Below are positions 1-10,509 of a DNA stretch of 64,000 bases, piece after piece; position 1 is the stretch's first letter, and each line of letters opens with the position of its first letter. Made by a program: the position numbers and the translations under genes. Below the pieces are notes generated by a model. It was given only the letters and a program-made list of their open reading frames with translations. It searched no databases and was not told where the DNA came from. Source of the stretch: Methanobacteriota archaeon (GTDB lineage Archaea > Halobacteriota > Bog-38 > Methanoflorentales > Methanoflorentaceae); assembly GCA_963719035.1 (NCBI GenBank), contig CAVRAO010000012.1, positions 96,001 to 160,000 on the forward strand, read 5' to 3'.

Positions 1-436
1 CAAGTTTTATTTCAAACTGGGTAAATTTGCGAGTGTTGCCTCTAGTAGAAGGACGATGGACAGCGTACCACACCTTCCTGCGGGAGAGACTTATGCAACT
101 ATGTACGCTCCCTTGGAGAAGACACCGTTCACCCCGCAGGTAATCGTAGTTATTACCAATCCATGGGCTATGCTCAAACTTGCGCAATCTACGTTGTTCC
201 GGCTGGGAGGAAGAGTGCACGCCGAGTTCTCAGGTATCCAATCGGTTTGTTCGGACGCAGTCGCGCAGACCTATCTCACCGGAAAGCCGAACTTCTCGCT
301 TGGCTGCGATGGTTCAAGAACGTTTTCCGGGATTGTCGAGGATGAGATGGTGATGGGATTTCCTGCGGAAATGCTCAAAGAGATTGTGGACGCGGTAAAA
401 ATCATTGCGCAAGCCCCCGGATCGTCAAAAACATAA
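1..436 (+). CDS. DUF169 family protein, C-terminal part (starts before the window)
   Basis: GIQSVCSDAVA...NFSLGCDGSR motif typical of DUF169; coding-like sequence continues upstream of the ORF start at 56. Confidence 0.8.
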   Translation, partial: KFYFKLGKFASVASSRRTMDSVPHLPAGETYATMYAPLEKTPFTPQVIVVITNPWAMLKLAQSTLFRLGGRVHAEFSGIQSVCSDAVAQTYLTGKPNFSLGCDGSRTFSGIVEDEMVMGFPAEMLKEIVDAVKIIAQAPGSSKT

Positions 437-523
437 ACTAATTTGTAACATTCGATAGCACCTAAACCTTAAATAATGCAACTGACACCGGTCCAGTGAC
501 GTGCAAAAAAACAAGGGGTAATT

Positions 524-1702
524 ATGACAAAAGGCTATCTATCTGAAGACAACAAGAAATTCAGCACTGTACCGCTGAATTGGAAGGAAGTGTGGTACAC
601 CAATTGTCCAATGGTGTCTGCCAGCAATGTCGACCAAGAGCTGGGGTGGACCAAGGAGGAGTTCAAGAAGATCGGCGTGAAGTATGCCTTCTTCCGCTCC
701 ACCCGCGAAAACGACTTCTACCCCCACTACATCCACAACCTCGACAACATCATCCGCTTCGGCGGCTTGTTCCCTCCCGTCAACGTTCACGCGGACATCC
801 GCAGATTGAAGCTCCTGGGGGCGACCAGCCAATACGAAGGCGGCTGCATGCTGGTGCGCGCCAAAGACGACATCTACCGGATGGTCGAGCTGAAAGGTAA
901 GAAGATCGGCCTCACGAAGAGCCTGAACACCATCAAGAACGACTGGTGGCGCATCACGGAGGAACAAGGCATCGAGCTGATGCTCAGGGTGAACGGCATG
1001 ACCCGCGACGACGTGGAGATCGTGGAATTCCCCTACCCGGATGACTGGTACGATGATCCTGCGATGCTCGAGCCCATGGAAAACCCGTCTGACTTGTGGC
1101 TTCAGCGTGACCACAAGCACGACCTTGCCTTCCGCCCGCTGGAGGTGGCGTTGGAGCAGGGTGTCGTCGACGCGATCTATACGCAAAGCAAGCAGTTCCA
1201 GCATCTCCAAGAGGCGACCGGCAAGTTCAAGACAATCGAGGACCTGTCCAGGTATCCGGACTGGACGCTGCAGGTGAACAATATCCCCACCATTATAACG
1301 TGCACCGAAGAGATGGCCGAGCAGCACCCCGAGCTCGTCGTCACGTATATGAAAGGCATGATCAAGGTCGGGCGCTGGGCTAACGAGCACAAGCACGCCG
1401 CCGCGGCGATCCTCGACAAGCAGACGTTCTATCTTGACGTTGAGGACACGTACAGAAACATCAAGAACATCGACATGGTGCCCACCCTGTCGCCCCAGAA
1501 CCTGGCCGCCATTGAGATCGGCAAGGATTTCATGCTGAGCCACGGCTACATCAAGAACGACTTCGATGTGTATAAGTGGGCTGCACCAGAGTTCCTTGAA
1601 CAGGCGGCGAGGGAACTGCTCGAGGAACAGTGGCGGAAAGTGACCGCAGCGAAGCTTCCCGAGGTGTCAGAGCCGCTGGCGTCTGGACGGCGGCTCGGGT
1701 AG
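524..1702 (+). CDS. DszB-like desulfinase / sulfonate-binding-fold protein
   Basis: WYTNCP (Cys), HYIH (His) and IIRFGG (Arg) match the DszB catalytic residues; SsuA/THI5-like fold; no signal peptide. Confidence 0.75.
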   Translation: MTKGYLSEDNKKFSTVPLNWKEVWYTNCPMVSASNVDQELGWTKEEFKKIGVKYAFFRSTRENDFYPHYIHNLDNIIRFGGLFPPVNVHADIRRLKLLGATSQYEGGCMLVRAKDDIYRMVELKGKKIGLTKSLNTIKNDWWRITEEQGIELMLRVNGMTRDDVEIVEFPYPDDWYDDPAMLEPMENPSDLWLQRDHKHDLAFRPLEVALEQGVVDAIYTQSKQFQHLQEATGKFKTIEDLSRYPDWTLQVNNIPTIITCTEEMAEQHPELVVTYMKGMIKVGRWANEHKHAAAAILDKQTFYLDVEDTYRNIKNIDMVPTLSPQNLAAIEIGKDFMLSHGYIKNDFDVYKWAAPEFLEQAARELLEEQWRKVTAAKLPEVSEPLASGRRLG

Positions 1703-1709
1703 TCGGGAG

Positions 1710-1765
1710 GCAGCGCAGCAGAAAGCGTGTGCAGCTGTGCCTATCACCGGTCGCTGTTGCGCTGC
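1710..1765 (+). repeat. 12-bp inverted repeat (stem-loop) between the DszB-like and rhodanese genes
   Basis: GCAGCGCAGCAG (1710-1721) pairs with CTGTTGCGCTGC (1754-1765), one G-U pair. Confidence 0.6.
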
Positions 1766-1813
1766 TCAAGGCGGTAGCAGTTCATCGCGCACAAATTTAA
1801 AGGAGACAATATC

Positions 1814-2350
1814 ATGACGATTGACGAAGGATCAACCTCTGAACCGAGCCACCAAGTGCCTAAAGGAAAGCAGACAAGCTTGGGGCTTTATGTAACGGCG
1901 AAAGAGGCGTACGAGATGTGGAAGGCTGAGCCGGAACGGGTCAACATACTCGACGTTCGCACCCCCGAAGAATATGTTTTCGTTGGCCATCCGGAAATGG
2001 CGAGGAACATCCCCCTCGTCTTTGTAAAACACGAGTGGGACGCTGACAGCAACCAGTTCGCTATGGAGCCTAATCCCGATTTCATCTCCCGCGTGAAGGG
2101 CGTACACACGTCCACGGACACGCTCCTAGTCATGTGCCGGTCCGGGGGCCGTGGCGCCAAGGCCGTCAACGCGCTTGCCAAAGCCGGGTTTGTGAACGTC
2201 TACAATGTGATCGATGGCATGGAAGGTGACAAGGTGGACGACCCCGGAAGTATCAACCACGGAAAGCTGATGAAGAACGGCTGGAAGAATTCCGGATTGC
2301 CTTGGACCTACGATGTTAACCCAGAGCTGATTGGCTTACCAATCGTCTAG
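1814..2350 (+). CDS. Rhodanese-like sulfurtransferase
   Basis: LDVRTPEEY..GHP motif and active-site loop CRSGGR; SD AGGAG upstream. Confidence 0.9.
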   Translation: MTIDEGSTSEPSHQVPKGKQTSLGLYVTAKEAYEMWKAEPERVNILDVRTPEEYVFVGHPEMARNIPLVFVKHEWDADSNQFAMEPNPDFISRVKGVHTSTDTLLVMCRSGGRGAKAVNALAKAGFVNVYNVIDGMEGDKVDDPGSINHGKLMKNGWKNSGLPWTYDVNPELIGLPIV

Positions 2351-2472
2351 AGATAACTTACTCTTTGACGATGTCCTGCACCAGCGCCTCAGCCCAGCAT
2401 TAAAATCAAAGCTCCGGCCTTGAAGCTCTGTGGGGGTGGCGGGGATGCGTGCTCGCACCGTTAGGAGATACC

Positions 2473-2736
2473 TCACAGGACAGTGCCGATTAAGTAGAGA
2501 AAGATGACCACCAAGGCTCCTGGGATCCCTGCTATGGCGCTGATCGCCACTGTGATCCAATCGATCGGCACGGCAATGCCAATGAGATTGGCCACGCCAA
2601 GTATAATGATGCCTATGATCGCGTTGGCGAGCAGATACCAAATGATCCGAAAGCCCCACCGTATGATCATACCGACAATGATCAAAATCAGAATGATGAT
2701 CACGGCTGCGGCCAGGATACTGACTAAGTCTACCAT
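2473..2736 (-). CDS. BofA-family (pro-sigmaK processing inhibitor-like) small membrane protein
   Basis: NAIIG...IPIDWITVAISAIAGIPG-type pattern; three hydrophobic segments. Confidence 0.75.
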   Translation of the reverse strand: MVDLVSILAAAVIIILILIIVGMIIRWGFRIIWYLLANAIIGIIILGVANLIGIAVPIDWITVAISAIAGIPGALVVIFLYLIGTVL

Positions 2737-2920
2737 CTATCAAGCAAGCGCCGTCGAGCTAAATTAAGGTTGCGCTTTATGTCAGCGAAAAGAACGCTTT
2801 GCTACGCGGCCGGCCTCTGGACGAAAGTCGTCAGCGATCTCAAAACCAATATATATGCAGATCACAATTCAGGCTAACAAAGACTGTTTAAACCCATTGT
2901 GAATAAACAGGGGATAGATT

Positions 2921-3391
2921 ATGGGGATCAGAGAGGAATTTACCGATGAGGAATGGCAGGAGCTTCTGAGCATTCCATATGCAGTCTCATTGACGATAGT
3001 TACGGCGGCCCCATCATTCTGGGGCGCCTTTGGCGAAGTAAAGGCATTGATTACAGAGCCGGCCAAGCTGGCAGCTTCAAGTGGAAGTGATCTAGTTGGC
3101 ATCTTATCAGGCGAGATGCAATCAAAGGCCAAGGATTTGATTAAGCAGCAGGAGGATCTGTTCAAACACGATAAATCCGGCTTCAGATCCACGACCATCG
3201 AGGCCTGCACGTCTGCTTTGGCAATCTTATCGAAGACCACTGCAGAAGAGGCAATCACCTACAAAAAGTGGGTGCTGGCTATAGGACAGAAGGTAGCTGA
3301 AGCTGCCAAAGAGCACGGCGTCGCCGTCAGTGAGCCGGAAAAGACCGTTCTCAGTGAAGTCTCCGCTGCTTTTGGTATGAACGACGTTTAG
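2921..3391 (+). CDS. Conserved hypothetical helical protein
   Basis: Clean 156-aa ORF with FTDEEWQ...VAEAAKE..VSEPE pattern. Confidence 0.7.
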   Translation: MGIREEFTDEEWQELLSIPYAVSLTIVTAAPSFWGAFGEVKALITEPAKLAASSGSDLVGILSGEMQSKAKDLIKQQEDLFKHDKSGFRSTTIEACTSALAILSKTTAEEAITYKKWVLAIGQKVAEAAKEHGVAVSEPEKTVLSEVSAAFGMNDV

Positions 3392-3524
3392 TTAGGTATA
3401 CAAGTGTGATTATAGGCTATGTTGTGCAATACCTTGCGATCAACAAGCTGCAAAAAGACGGGCTCACCAAAACGGATGGCTGTGTGAATGTCGATACAGC
3501 GGATAAGAACGACTTCATCGTAAA

Positions 3525-3941
3525 ATGTCCGGAACAGACGACGGTCTGTTCAGAACTGAACTATATTATTCAAGGGCTCAAGGTGCTGCAGGGTTCATGA
3601 AGGGGTCCAGCTTAGTCGCGAATATTCTAGAAGAATACCTCAAAGGAACTCGGACCGCTGATACTGAAACCGAGGACTTGAAGAAAAAGTTGGCGGAGAA
3701 AGAGGCCGCGTTAAGTGAACTTCACGCCCAGGACATTGTAATAACCGGACTACAAAACGAACTTGAAACGGTAAGAACACAGGTAAAAACCTTGGAAGAA
3801 AAGCTTGTTATCTACACCGGATTGAATAGCGACCTTAAAGCAGATAAGGAAGCTTTACAGAAGCAGCTTGAGCTCGTGACCTTGAGGCTTCCTGCTCCTA
3901 GGGTTGGATTCTGGGCCAGACTGTTCGGAAAAAAAGAATAG
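3525..3941 (+). CDS. Coiled-coil protein with C-terminal amphipathic FWARLFG helix (start uncertain)
   Basis: Heptad-rich central region; C-terminus RVGFWARLFGKKE. Confidence 0.55.
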   Translation: MSGTDDGLFRTELYYSRAQGAAGFMKGSSLVANILEEYLKGTRTADTETEDLKKKLAEKEAALSELHAQDIVITGLQNELETVRTQVKTLEEKLVIYTGLNSDLKADKEALQKQLELVTLRLPAPRVGFWARLFGKKE

Positions 3942-4368
3942 GACTAGTTAAGTCACTTTTCACCACTAGCATAAGCGTATGACGCCTGCAGCAGGTGCAC
4001 TATAAAGATACGGTAAAGCGAAATCACTGAGCCTTGGGTGTGATGGTTCAGGCTATACTCACTAGCCAAACCAAAAATTCCACCGCAGAATTGCACCGCC
4101 GATTATAACCAACAATAGCAACGCGAATATGATTATAGTGCCAACCCACCATTTCCGGTCCATGTTTTACCTCCTCTTGAACGAGTGCCAATTGGATCCG
4201 TTCAAATATAACTCTTATTCCCATTCCAGCAACTGGATGGAGAAATGTTTCAGAGTACTATTCACGAAAATCATGAATCTTGACCTTGCTCGTGATTTTG
4301 AGGGGCCACCTGACCCAAAGAGTTGTTACACATAAAGATCAATCTAAAATTCAACAGGAGGTGAAATA

Positions 4369-4524
4369 ATGGAGCAACAACAAATGAGCGCGGGTACGAT
4401 GATAGGACTTGCTATTATACTCGGAGCCCTTATAGCAATATTTCCAGGTTTAGTAATTTGGTTTGCTTGGTTAGGAGTTATCTTTTTGTTTATCGGTGGA
4501 CTTCTTGCCTTATTCACACGATAA
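4369..4524 (+). CDS. Small 51-aa two-TM membrane protein (absent from the ORF track)
   Basis: SD AGGAGGTG, then MEQQQMSAGTMIGLAIILGALIAIFPGLVIWFAWLGVIFLFIGGLLALFTR*. Confidence 0.7.
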   Translation: MEQQQMSAGTMIGLAIILGALIAIFPGLVIWFAWLGVIFLFIGGLLALFTR

Positions 4525-4794
4525 TTCAGCTATAACCTTGAATCATAAAATCTCTTTTTTTTCTTTGGACATATATTTCAATATATCGCAGCGTTTGTTT
4601 CTATGGCCTATCTGTATGAACACTTCTAGAGTGAGATTCTCTAAAATAGCTCCAGCTTTGAACACCCTAAGCTTATATTGAAAGTAAGTAGGAATTGTTA
4701 AACCACTTCTCACCACTCGAATAAGCGTATGCAATCGAAGCCAATAACTGCGAATTAGAGTTGAGAAATCAAAGAACTTCGATAAAAGCTAAAA

Positions 4795-5073
4795 GTGATT
4801 CGCATGGATGATCGCATCACGATGAATGAAAACGGAACGCTGTATCTTGATGTCACGGAGCAAGAGCAACCCGAACAGGTTCTAGAAATTGAAGCATCAC
4901 ACGGACTGTTATACTACCTTCTTTTGGCAGTGGTTGGTTTAATAGTGATATTTGGAATAATAGCGATAGCATTTTTCGGGTTTCTGTTTCTTTTATTATT
5001 ACCGCTATTTTTCGGGTTACTGCTTCTTTTTCTCATAGCTCGTTATTTCTTTTGGCGTTCCTCCGAAAGATAA
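4795..5073 (+). CDS. Small membrane protein
   Basis: Acidic N-terminus followed by a long hydrophobic hairpin. Confidence 0.6.
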   Translation: MIRMDDRITMNENGTLYLDVTEQEQPEQVLEIEASHGLLYYLLLAVVGLIVIFGIIAIAFFGFLFLLLLPLFFGLLLLFLIARYFFWRSSER

Positions 5074-5469
5074 TTCTTAGCGGGCTCTAATCCGATCCCA
5101 CCAAGACTTTTTAGGCTTTGCTCCACTCAAAAACCTCTAGGCCAGCACGGTATAGCGTGTTCCTATAATCTATTCCTTTTACTCGTTATTTCTTTTTTCG
5201 ATTTAGCCAAATAACGCTTGTATTGTTCTAGATAAAAAAATATTCTCTTAACACACACCTGCTAAAAGAAAAAATAACATGCTGCTTCCTCCTCACACTA
5301 CTCAGTGAAAGCACCTCTTAGCGCTCTGCCTTTCCCTTCCCCCAACATTCCCCTTGCCCACCGCAAACCAGCTCGCGTCTTCCCGGCTTCAGGGCGCGAG
5401 TGACGATTGCAACCAAAGACAGCGATTCGAGCAGGATGATCTCATTATGTGCATTGAACATGATGCGCG

Positions 5470-5587
5470 GTGTGGTGACGGTCAGGGGAACTTATCTTGA
5501 TACGTAACGGTGGATGATCCGATGTCATTCAGGCAGATATTGAATCCTAATGGCGTGATTCACGTTATTGATTCAGTCCTTGCCTAA
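5470..5587 (+). pseudogene. Fasciclin (FAS1) domain remnant
   Basis: Translates, with a frameshift, to DVIQADIE..NGVIHVIDSVLA*, the FAS1 H2 motif; upstream part degraded. Confidence 0.6.
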
Positions 5588-5662
5588 TAACCGCATTACG
5601 GGCCCGAAATTCGCTTGTAGGCACTCATTGGGATACAGAAAAAAGAGAAGGGGGTGAATGGG

Positions 5663-6175
5663 TTACATCCACCTTCCCAAGAGCCCTGATACTATCAACT
5701 CTAACCCGAATATAATTAGAGCTATCGCGACTAAAGCTATGGCCGTGATCACGCCGGAGATAGGATCGAACAGCGCGATAAAACCAAGTATTATCGCGAT
5801 TATTCCGACGATTGTCATCCCCGTAGTGCCGCGTGACGCTACCGCAAAACCAGCGAATATCAATGCCAAAGCTACCAGCCAGCCAAGGGCTACTCCCCCC
5901 ACGATAATCGGGTAGACAGGTACTGCTATTGCTAGTAAAAGTGCGATAATTGATAGACCTGCGTTCAAAAGTCGACGCCATCCTGAGATACCCTCTGAGA
6001 ACACCCGGACGAATTCAATGCCGGCGATGACAAAGAGCCCGACTGCAAGGAATGCGATCAAAGTCGCTGCCGTTACTCCCGGATACGCAATTGCGTAGCC
6101 ACCCAATATAAGGACGATTAGGCCAGCGACGATCTCGCCTATGCGAAGCCACATCGAAGTTTTTTGTTCATCCAT
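5663..6175 (-). CDS. HdeD/DUF308-like membrane protein (paralog 1)
   Basis: Six hydrophobic segments with repeated G-rich DUF308 units; SD AGGAGGTG. Confidence 0.75.
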   Translation of the reverse strand: MDEQKTSMWLRIGEIVAGLIVLILGGYAIAYPGVTAATLIAFLAVGLFVIAGIEFVRVFSEGISGWRRLLNAGLSIIALLLAIAVPVYPIIVGGVALGWLVALALIFAGFAVASRGTTGMTIVGIIAIILGFIALFDPISGVITAIALVAIALIIFGLELIVSGLLGRWM

Positions 6176-6295
6176 TTGATTTTCACCTCCTATTCAGTTT
6201 TTTAACATCAACAACTGTTTATGTCCTTCGGAGTATTTAACGCGCCCCCTCTCTTTTGACGGTGCGCTGCGCCCTCCCGATTTAAAGGCTGCACC

Positions 6296-6397
6296 AATGT
6301 CACTGCCGAGTTGCAGAAACTGGCTGATCTCCACAAATCAGGCGCACTAGCGGACGATAAGTTCGCCGCGATGAAGAAAAAGCTCTTACGATTTTAG
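6296..6397 (+). pseudogene. SHOCT domain remnant
   Basis: NVTAELQKLADLHKSGALADDKFAAMKKKLLRF*; no in-frame start codon upstream. Confidence 0.55.
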
Positions 6398-6599
6398 AGG
6401 AAAGACAACCTATTTGAAACAGTCCCTTGCAAGCCCGACATATACCAACGGCCTCTGGCGCGGCTGTAAGAATGAAGCGGGCTCCGTTATCGCAGGATAT
6501 AACCCCATAACGAGAGGGAGCAGGTAGCTCGCGACGAGAGGGGCGTTGTACCCATTTGTAGACGTTCCGTACTTATTGTCCTGAAATTAGGTCTCAGTT

Positions 6600-6969
6600 T
6601 TACTGAACGACAATCGTCCCTGTCTCAGGGTGGATGTTGCAGCGGTAGGGAAACGTTCCGGTGGTGTTGAACTGAAACGTGTAGGTGTCGCCCGCGCCAA
6701 ACATCGGCGATGAAAAAACTCCCTTGCTATCTGATGTAATCTGATGGTCGACTGAATCACCGTTTTTCCACGTCACGTTCGCCCCCTTTTGAATCGTGAG
6801 CGTTGAAGGGGTAACCGTATAATCTTTGATCACAACCGTATTTTGACTTGCAGTGCTGGTAAAGCTGGTGATTCGGACTTGGACTCGGATTTGAGGTCGA
6901 GGTACAGCCAGCGATCAGCACAGTGACGACCACTGATGCAGCTAACACAAATAGAGTATATTTCTTCAC
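6600..6969 (-). CDS. Cupredoxin (plastocyanin/azurin-like) lipoprotein, frameshifted near 6865
   Basis: Lipobox IAGC, then VTWKNGDSVDHQ and YRCNIHP copper-site motifs in a second frame. Confidence 0.75.
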
Positions 6970-7336
6970 TTTTTTGCCTCCACGTCGCAGGGATCGGATT
7001 TGCGTATTTGCCATCGCTCTGTCATTCTTCGCTCGCTTAATCAGTTTTCCCTGCGGAATTCATTGTGAATTGGATTTATGCGTTTTCTTGTGTTGTGGCG
7101 GTGCTAAAAAGCTTTTGGAACATCAATCTCAAGGAAAAGTAAAAAAAATACGCAATAGCGAAATTGTCCAGTTTTTTCTGGAAAATGTTTTAAATGGAAC
7201 CCCCTTTTTTATTGTAGCACACGGTTGAACACTCAAGCACAATAAAGGGAATAGTTAGGGGGAGACCAATGGACCTATGTTGCAAGAATTATTGCGATTC
7301 TGCTCGAGGGGGCCGTTTCTCTAAAGAGGAATGATC

Positions 7337-10244
7337 ATGAGTAAGGAAGAAGAAGCATCCAGGGGATAATCTGGTCATTATGGCCGGTTATCAGGCTATA
7401 GAGCCAGCCGAGAAGGACTTCGACCAGCTCACACAACTGGTAAAGGACAAGAAAGTGAAGTGCGAGGGCTTGATCCTTGTCGAGCGCGACAAGGAAGGTC
7501 AGTCGAAGATCGCTGCGACCGTTGACAGTCAAGGCCGCCAGGGGACGGGCTGGACCGGTGGCGTCGGCCTTATGGTGGGCCTCGTCTCGCCGCCGCTGCT
7601 GTCCTCGGTCGGTAGGAGCGCTGCAACTGGTGGCCTGATCGGTAAATTCGCCGAGCGCAAGGTGGAGAGCGGCATCGAGAGTGGGCTCGGCGACAAGCTT
7701 AAGCCGGGCACGGCAGCTATCATCGCCATCATCGACAGCAAGGACCGGCTCGCAGCCGAGCAGGCGCTCGCAGACTCGCCGGCCAAGTCGGTTGCGCAGA
7801 TGGACCAAAAGGGCCTTAAGGGCCTTAAGGAGAGCCTGGCAGAAGCGGCCGGCAAGTTCACCCCCGACCGCACCGTGCTGCCGATCTCAGACCGCGGCTT
7901 CGGTGGGACAATCGGGCACACCTTAGACAAGTCAGTTCCGGATTGGCTCATCGTCCCTGGGCCCGAGGCGCCGGACGACGCCCCCAACGTCTTGGTCGTC
8001 CTGATCGACGATGCCGGGTTCGGCAACCCTGACACGTTGGGCGGACCGATCCGCACCCCCAATCTCACACGGGTGCAGGACATGGGCCTCACTTCAATCG
8101 CTTCCACGTGACGGCGGTGTGCTCCCCTACCCGTGCTGCATTGCTCACCGGTCGCAACCAACACCGCGTGGGCTTCGGTTCGGTAGCTGAGTTTCCGGGC
8201 CCCTTCCCAGGCTACTCAGCGGCTAGGCCGAGAAGCTGCACGCCCTTCCCTCGTCTTCCAGGAGAACGGTTACGTGACGGGTGGGTTCGGCAAGTGGCAC
8301 CTCACCCCGGACTACGTTCAGGGAGCCGCGGGCCCGTTCGACCACTGGCCCCAGTCGTGGGGCTTCGACCACTGGTGGGGGTTCTTGAGCGGGGCGGCCG
8401 GCCAGTACAACCCCATCATCACGCAGGACAACGCTGTATTAGGCGTCCCGGAGGGAAAGGGCGGCACACAGTACTACTTCCCAGACGACCTGACCGATAA
8501 GGCTGTAGAGTGGTTACATGCGGTGCGTGCCCAGGACGCAACCAAACCGTGGATGATGTACTACTCCACCGGCTGCAGCCATGCACCCCATCACGTGGCG
8601 AAAAAGTGGGCCAATAAGTACAAAGGGTGTATTCAACCAAGGCTGGGACAAACTCCGCGAGGAAACGCTCGCGCGGCAGAAGACGCTAGGGTAGCCCCCA
8701 GACGCCGAACTGACCGAGCGGCCCGACCTCTTTCCGGCGTGGGACTCGCTAAATGACGCGGAGAAGAAACTCTATATACGACAGATGGAGGTCTACGCAG
8801 GCTTCTCAGAGAATGCCGACTGGAATGTTGGCCGACTGCTCAACGCCATCGAGGAGATGGACGAGCTCGACAACACGCTCATCTTTTACATCTGGGGCGA
8901 CAACGGCGCCGGCATGGAGGGAACGCTTACCGGGTCGTTCAACGAGATGACCTTCCTCAACGGCGTCGTTCTCGACGCCGAGCAGCAGCTGAAACTCATC
9001 GATGAGTACGGCGGCATTGAAAACATCGGAGGAATTGATACCGCACCGCGTTACGCTACGGCGTGGGCTCACGCCGGTAACACACTTCCAGTGGGGGAAG
9101 CAGATGGCCAGCCATCTCGGGGGAACACGCGATCCGATGATCGTCGCGTGGCCGAACCGGATCGAGCAACGAGGCTTGCGCACGCAATTCACGCACTGCA
9201 TCGATGTTGGTCCGACTGTCCTTGAAGCGGTAGGAATCCCCACACCCAAAAACGGTCGACGGCATCGGGCAGGAGGCCTATGGACGGCACGAGTTCTATA
9301 CCTTCGACGACGCCAACGCCGACGAGCGGCACACCGTACAGGTCCTTCGAGATGTTTGGCAGCCGGGCGATCTACAAAGACGGGTGGTGGGCATGCACGA
9401 GACTCGGACAAGGCCCCATGGGACTTATCGCCTGCAACGATGAGCCGATTCGCACCTGGGACTTATGACCCCGAGAACGACCTGTCGGAGTCTACTACCT
9501 ACCCGAAGACTTTTCGCAAGCCCGGGAAAAGCTCCCCGCCGCTCAAACCCTGAGAAGCTGGAAAACCGCAGACTTGGGTGGGAAGAGGCCGAGCGCAACA
9601 GGGCTCTGCCCGCTACTTCGGCGGCTTGTCCGTCTTTTTCGGGATACTGCCACCGATGCCTACGATAACCCGGTTTTGAGTTCGCCGGTGACGTCCAGAA
9701 CGTGCAGCACGGTTTGATTCCGCGCATCTCCGGACGCTCGTATGCCATCGAAGCCCGGTTTTCAACGTACTTGACGGAGGTGCCGAAGGCGTGATTCTCG
9801 CTAATGCCGACTTCATCGGCGGGTTTAGTACTGGGTCGACGACAAAGGGATGCTCAATCACACCTACTCGTTCCTGGGCGTAGAGACTTACAAGCAGACC
9901 GCTACCGAGAGGCTCCCCGACGGGCGACATCACCGTCCGCATGCAGTTTAATGCCGACGAGAACAAGCCAGGCACCGGCGGGCAGGTCGCGCTGTTCGCG
10001 AACGGCAAGAAGAGATCGGCGAGGGCAAGATCCCGCGGACGGTGCCCATATTCTTCTCGAGTTATGCCGGGCATGGACGTAGGCCGCGACAACGGTCTGG
10101 TTGTTGACCGGGCGTACAGAGAGCTCGTCCTTTACCGGCACGGTCAAAAAAGTAGTATTCGACCTCAAGCCCGCAGCCTACGAGGATGAGAAAGATCATG
10201 AAACCGTGCGGCATCCCAGCATCGCTCACGGAGCCTCAGGATGA
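7337..10244 (+). CDS. DUF1269-like domain fused to a formylglycine-dependent arylsulfatase (many frameshifts)
   Basis: PNVLVVLIDD, CSPTRAALLTGR, GKWHL and WGDNGA motifs spread across frames; N-terminal Gly-rich membrane domain. Confidence 0.8.
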
Positions 10245-10264
10245 ATTTAAGTTAGACCTAGAAG

Positions 10265-10400
<136 letters not shown>

Positions 10401-10509
10401 CGCAACATACTCTTAGAGCGGAACTCATTTACGCGGGTGTGGAAAATAGTCGTTGGAACAAGCGTTGCTGTGCACCGGCGGGCAACTCGGTGAGCAGCAT
10501 GGACAAGGT

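Noticed and set aside
539-1543. Long antisense ORFs (also 17401-18585, 27846-28538, 50890-51477 and others)
   Set aside because: Shadow frames of well-supported genes on the opposite strand
5375-5405. Hairpin resembling an IS200/IS605 end
   Set aside because: Similarity is weak and no tnpA/tnpB is nearby
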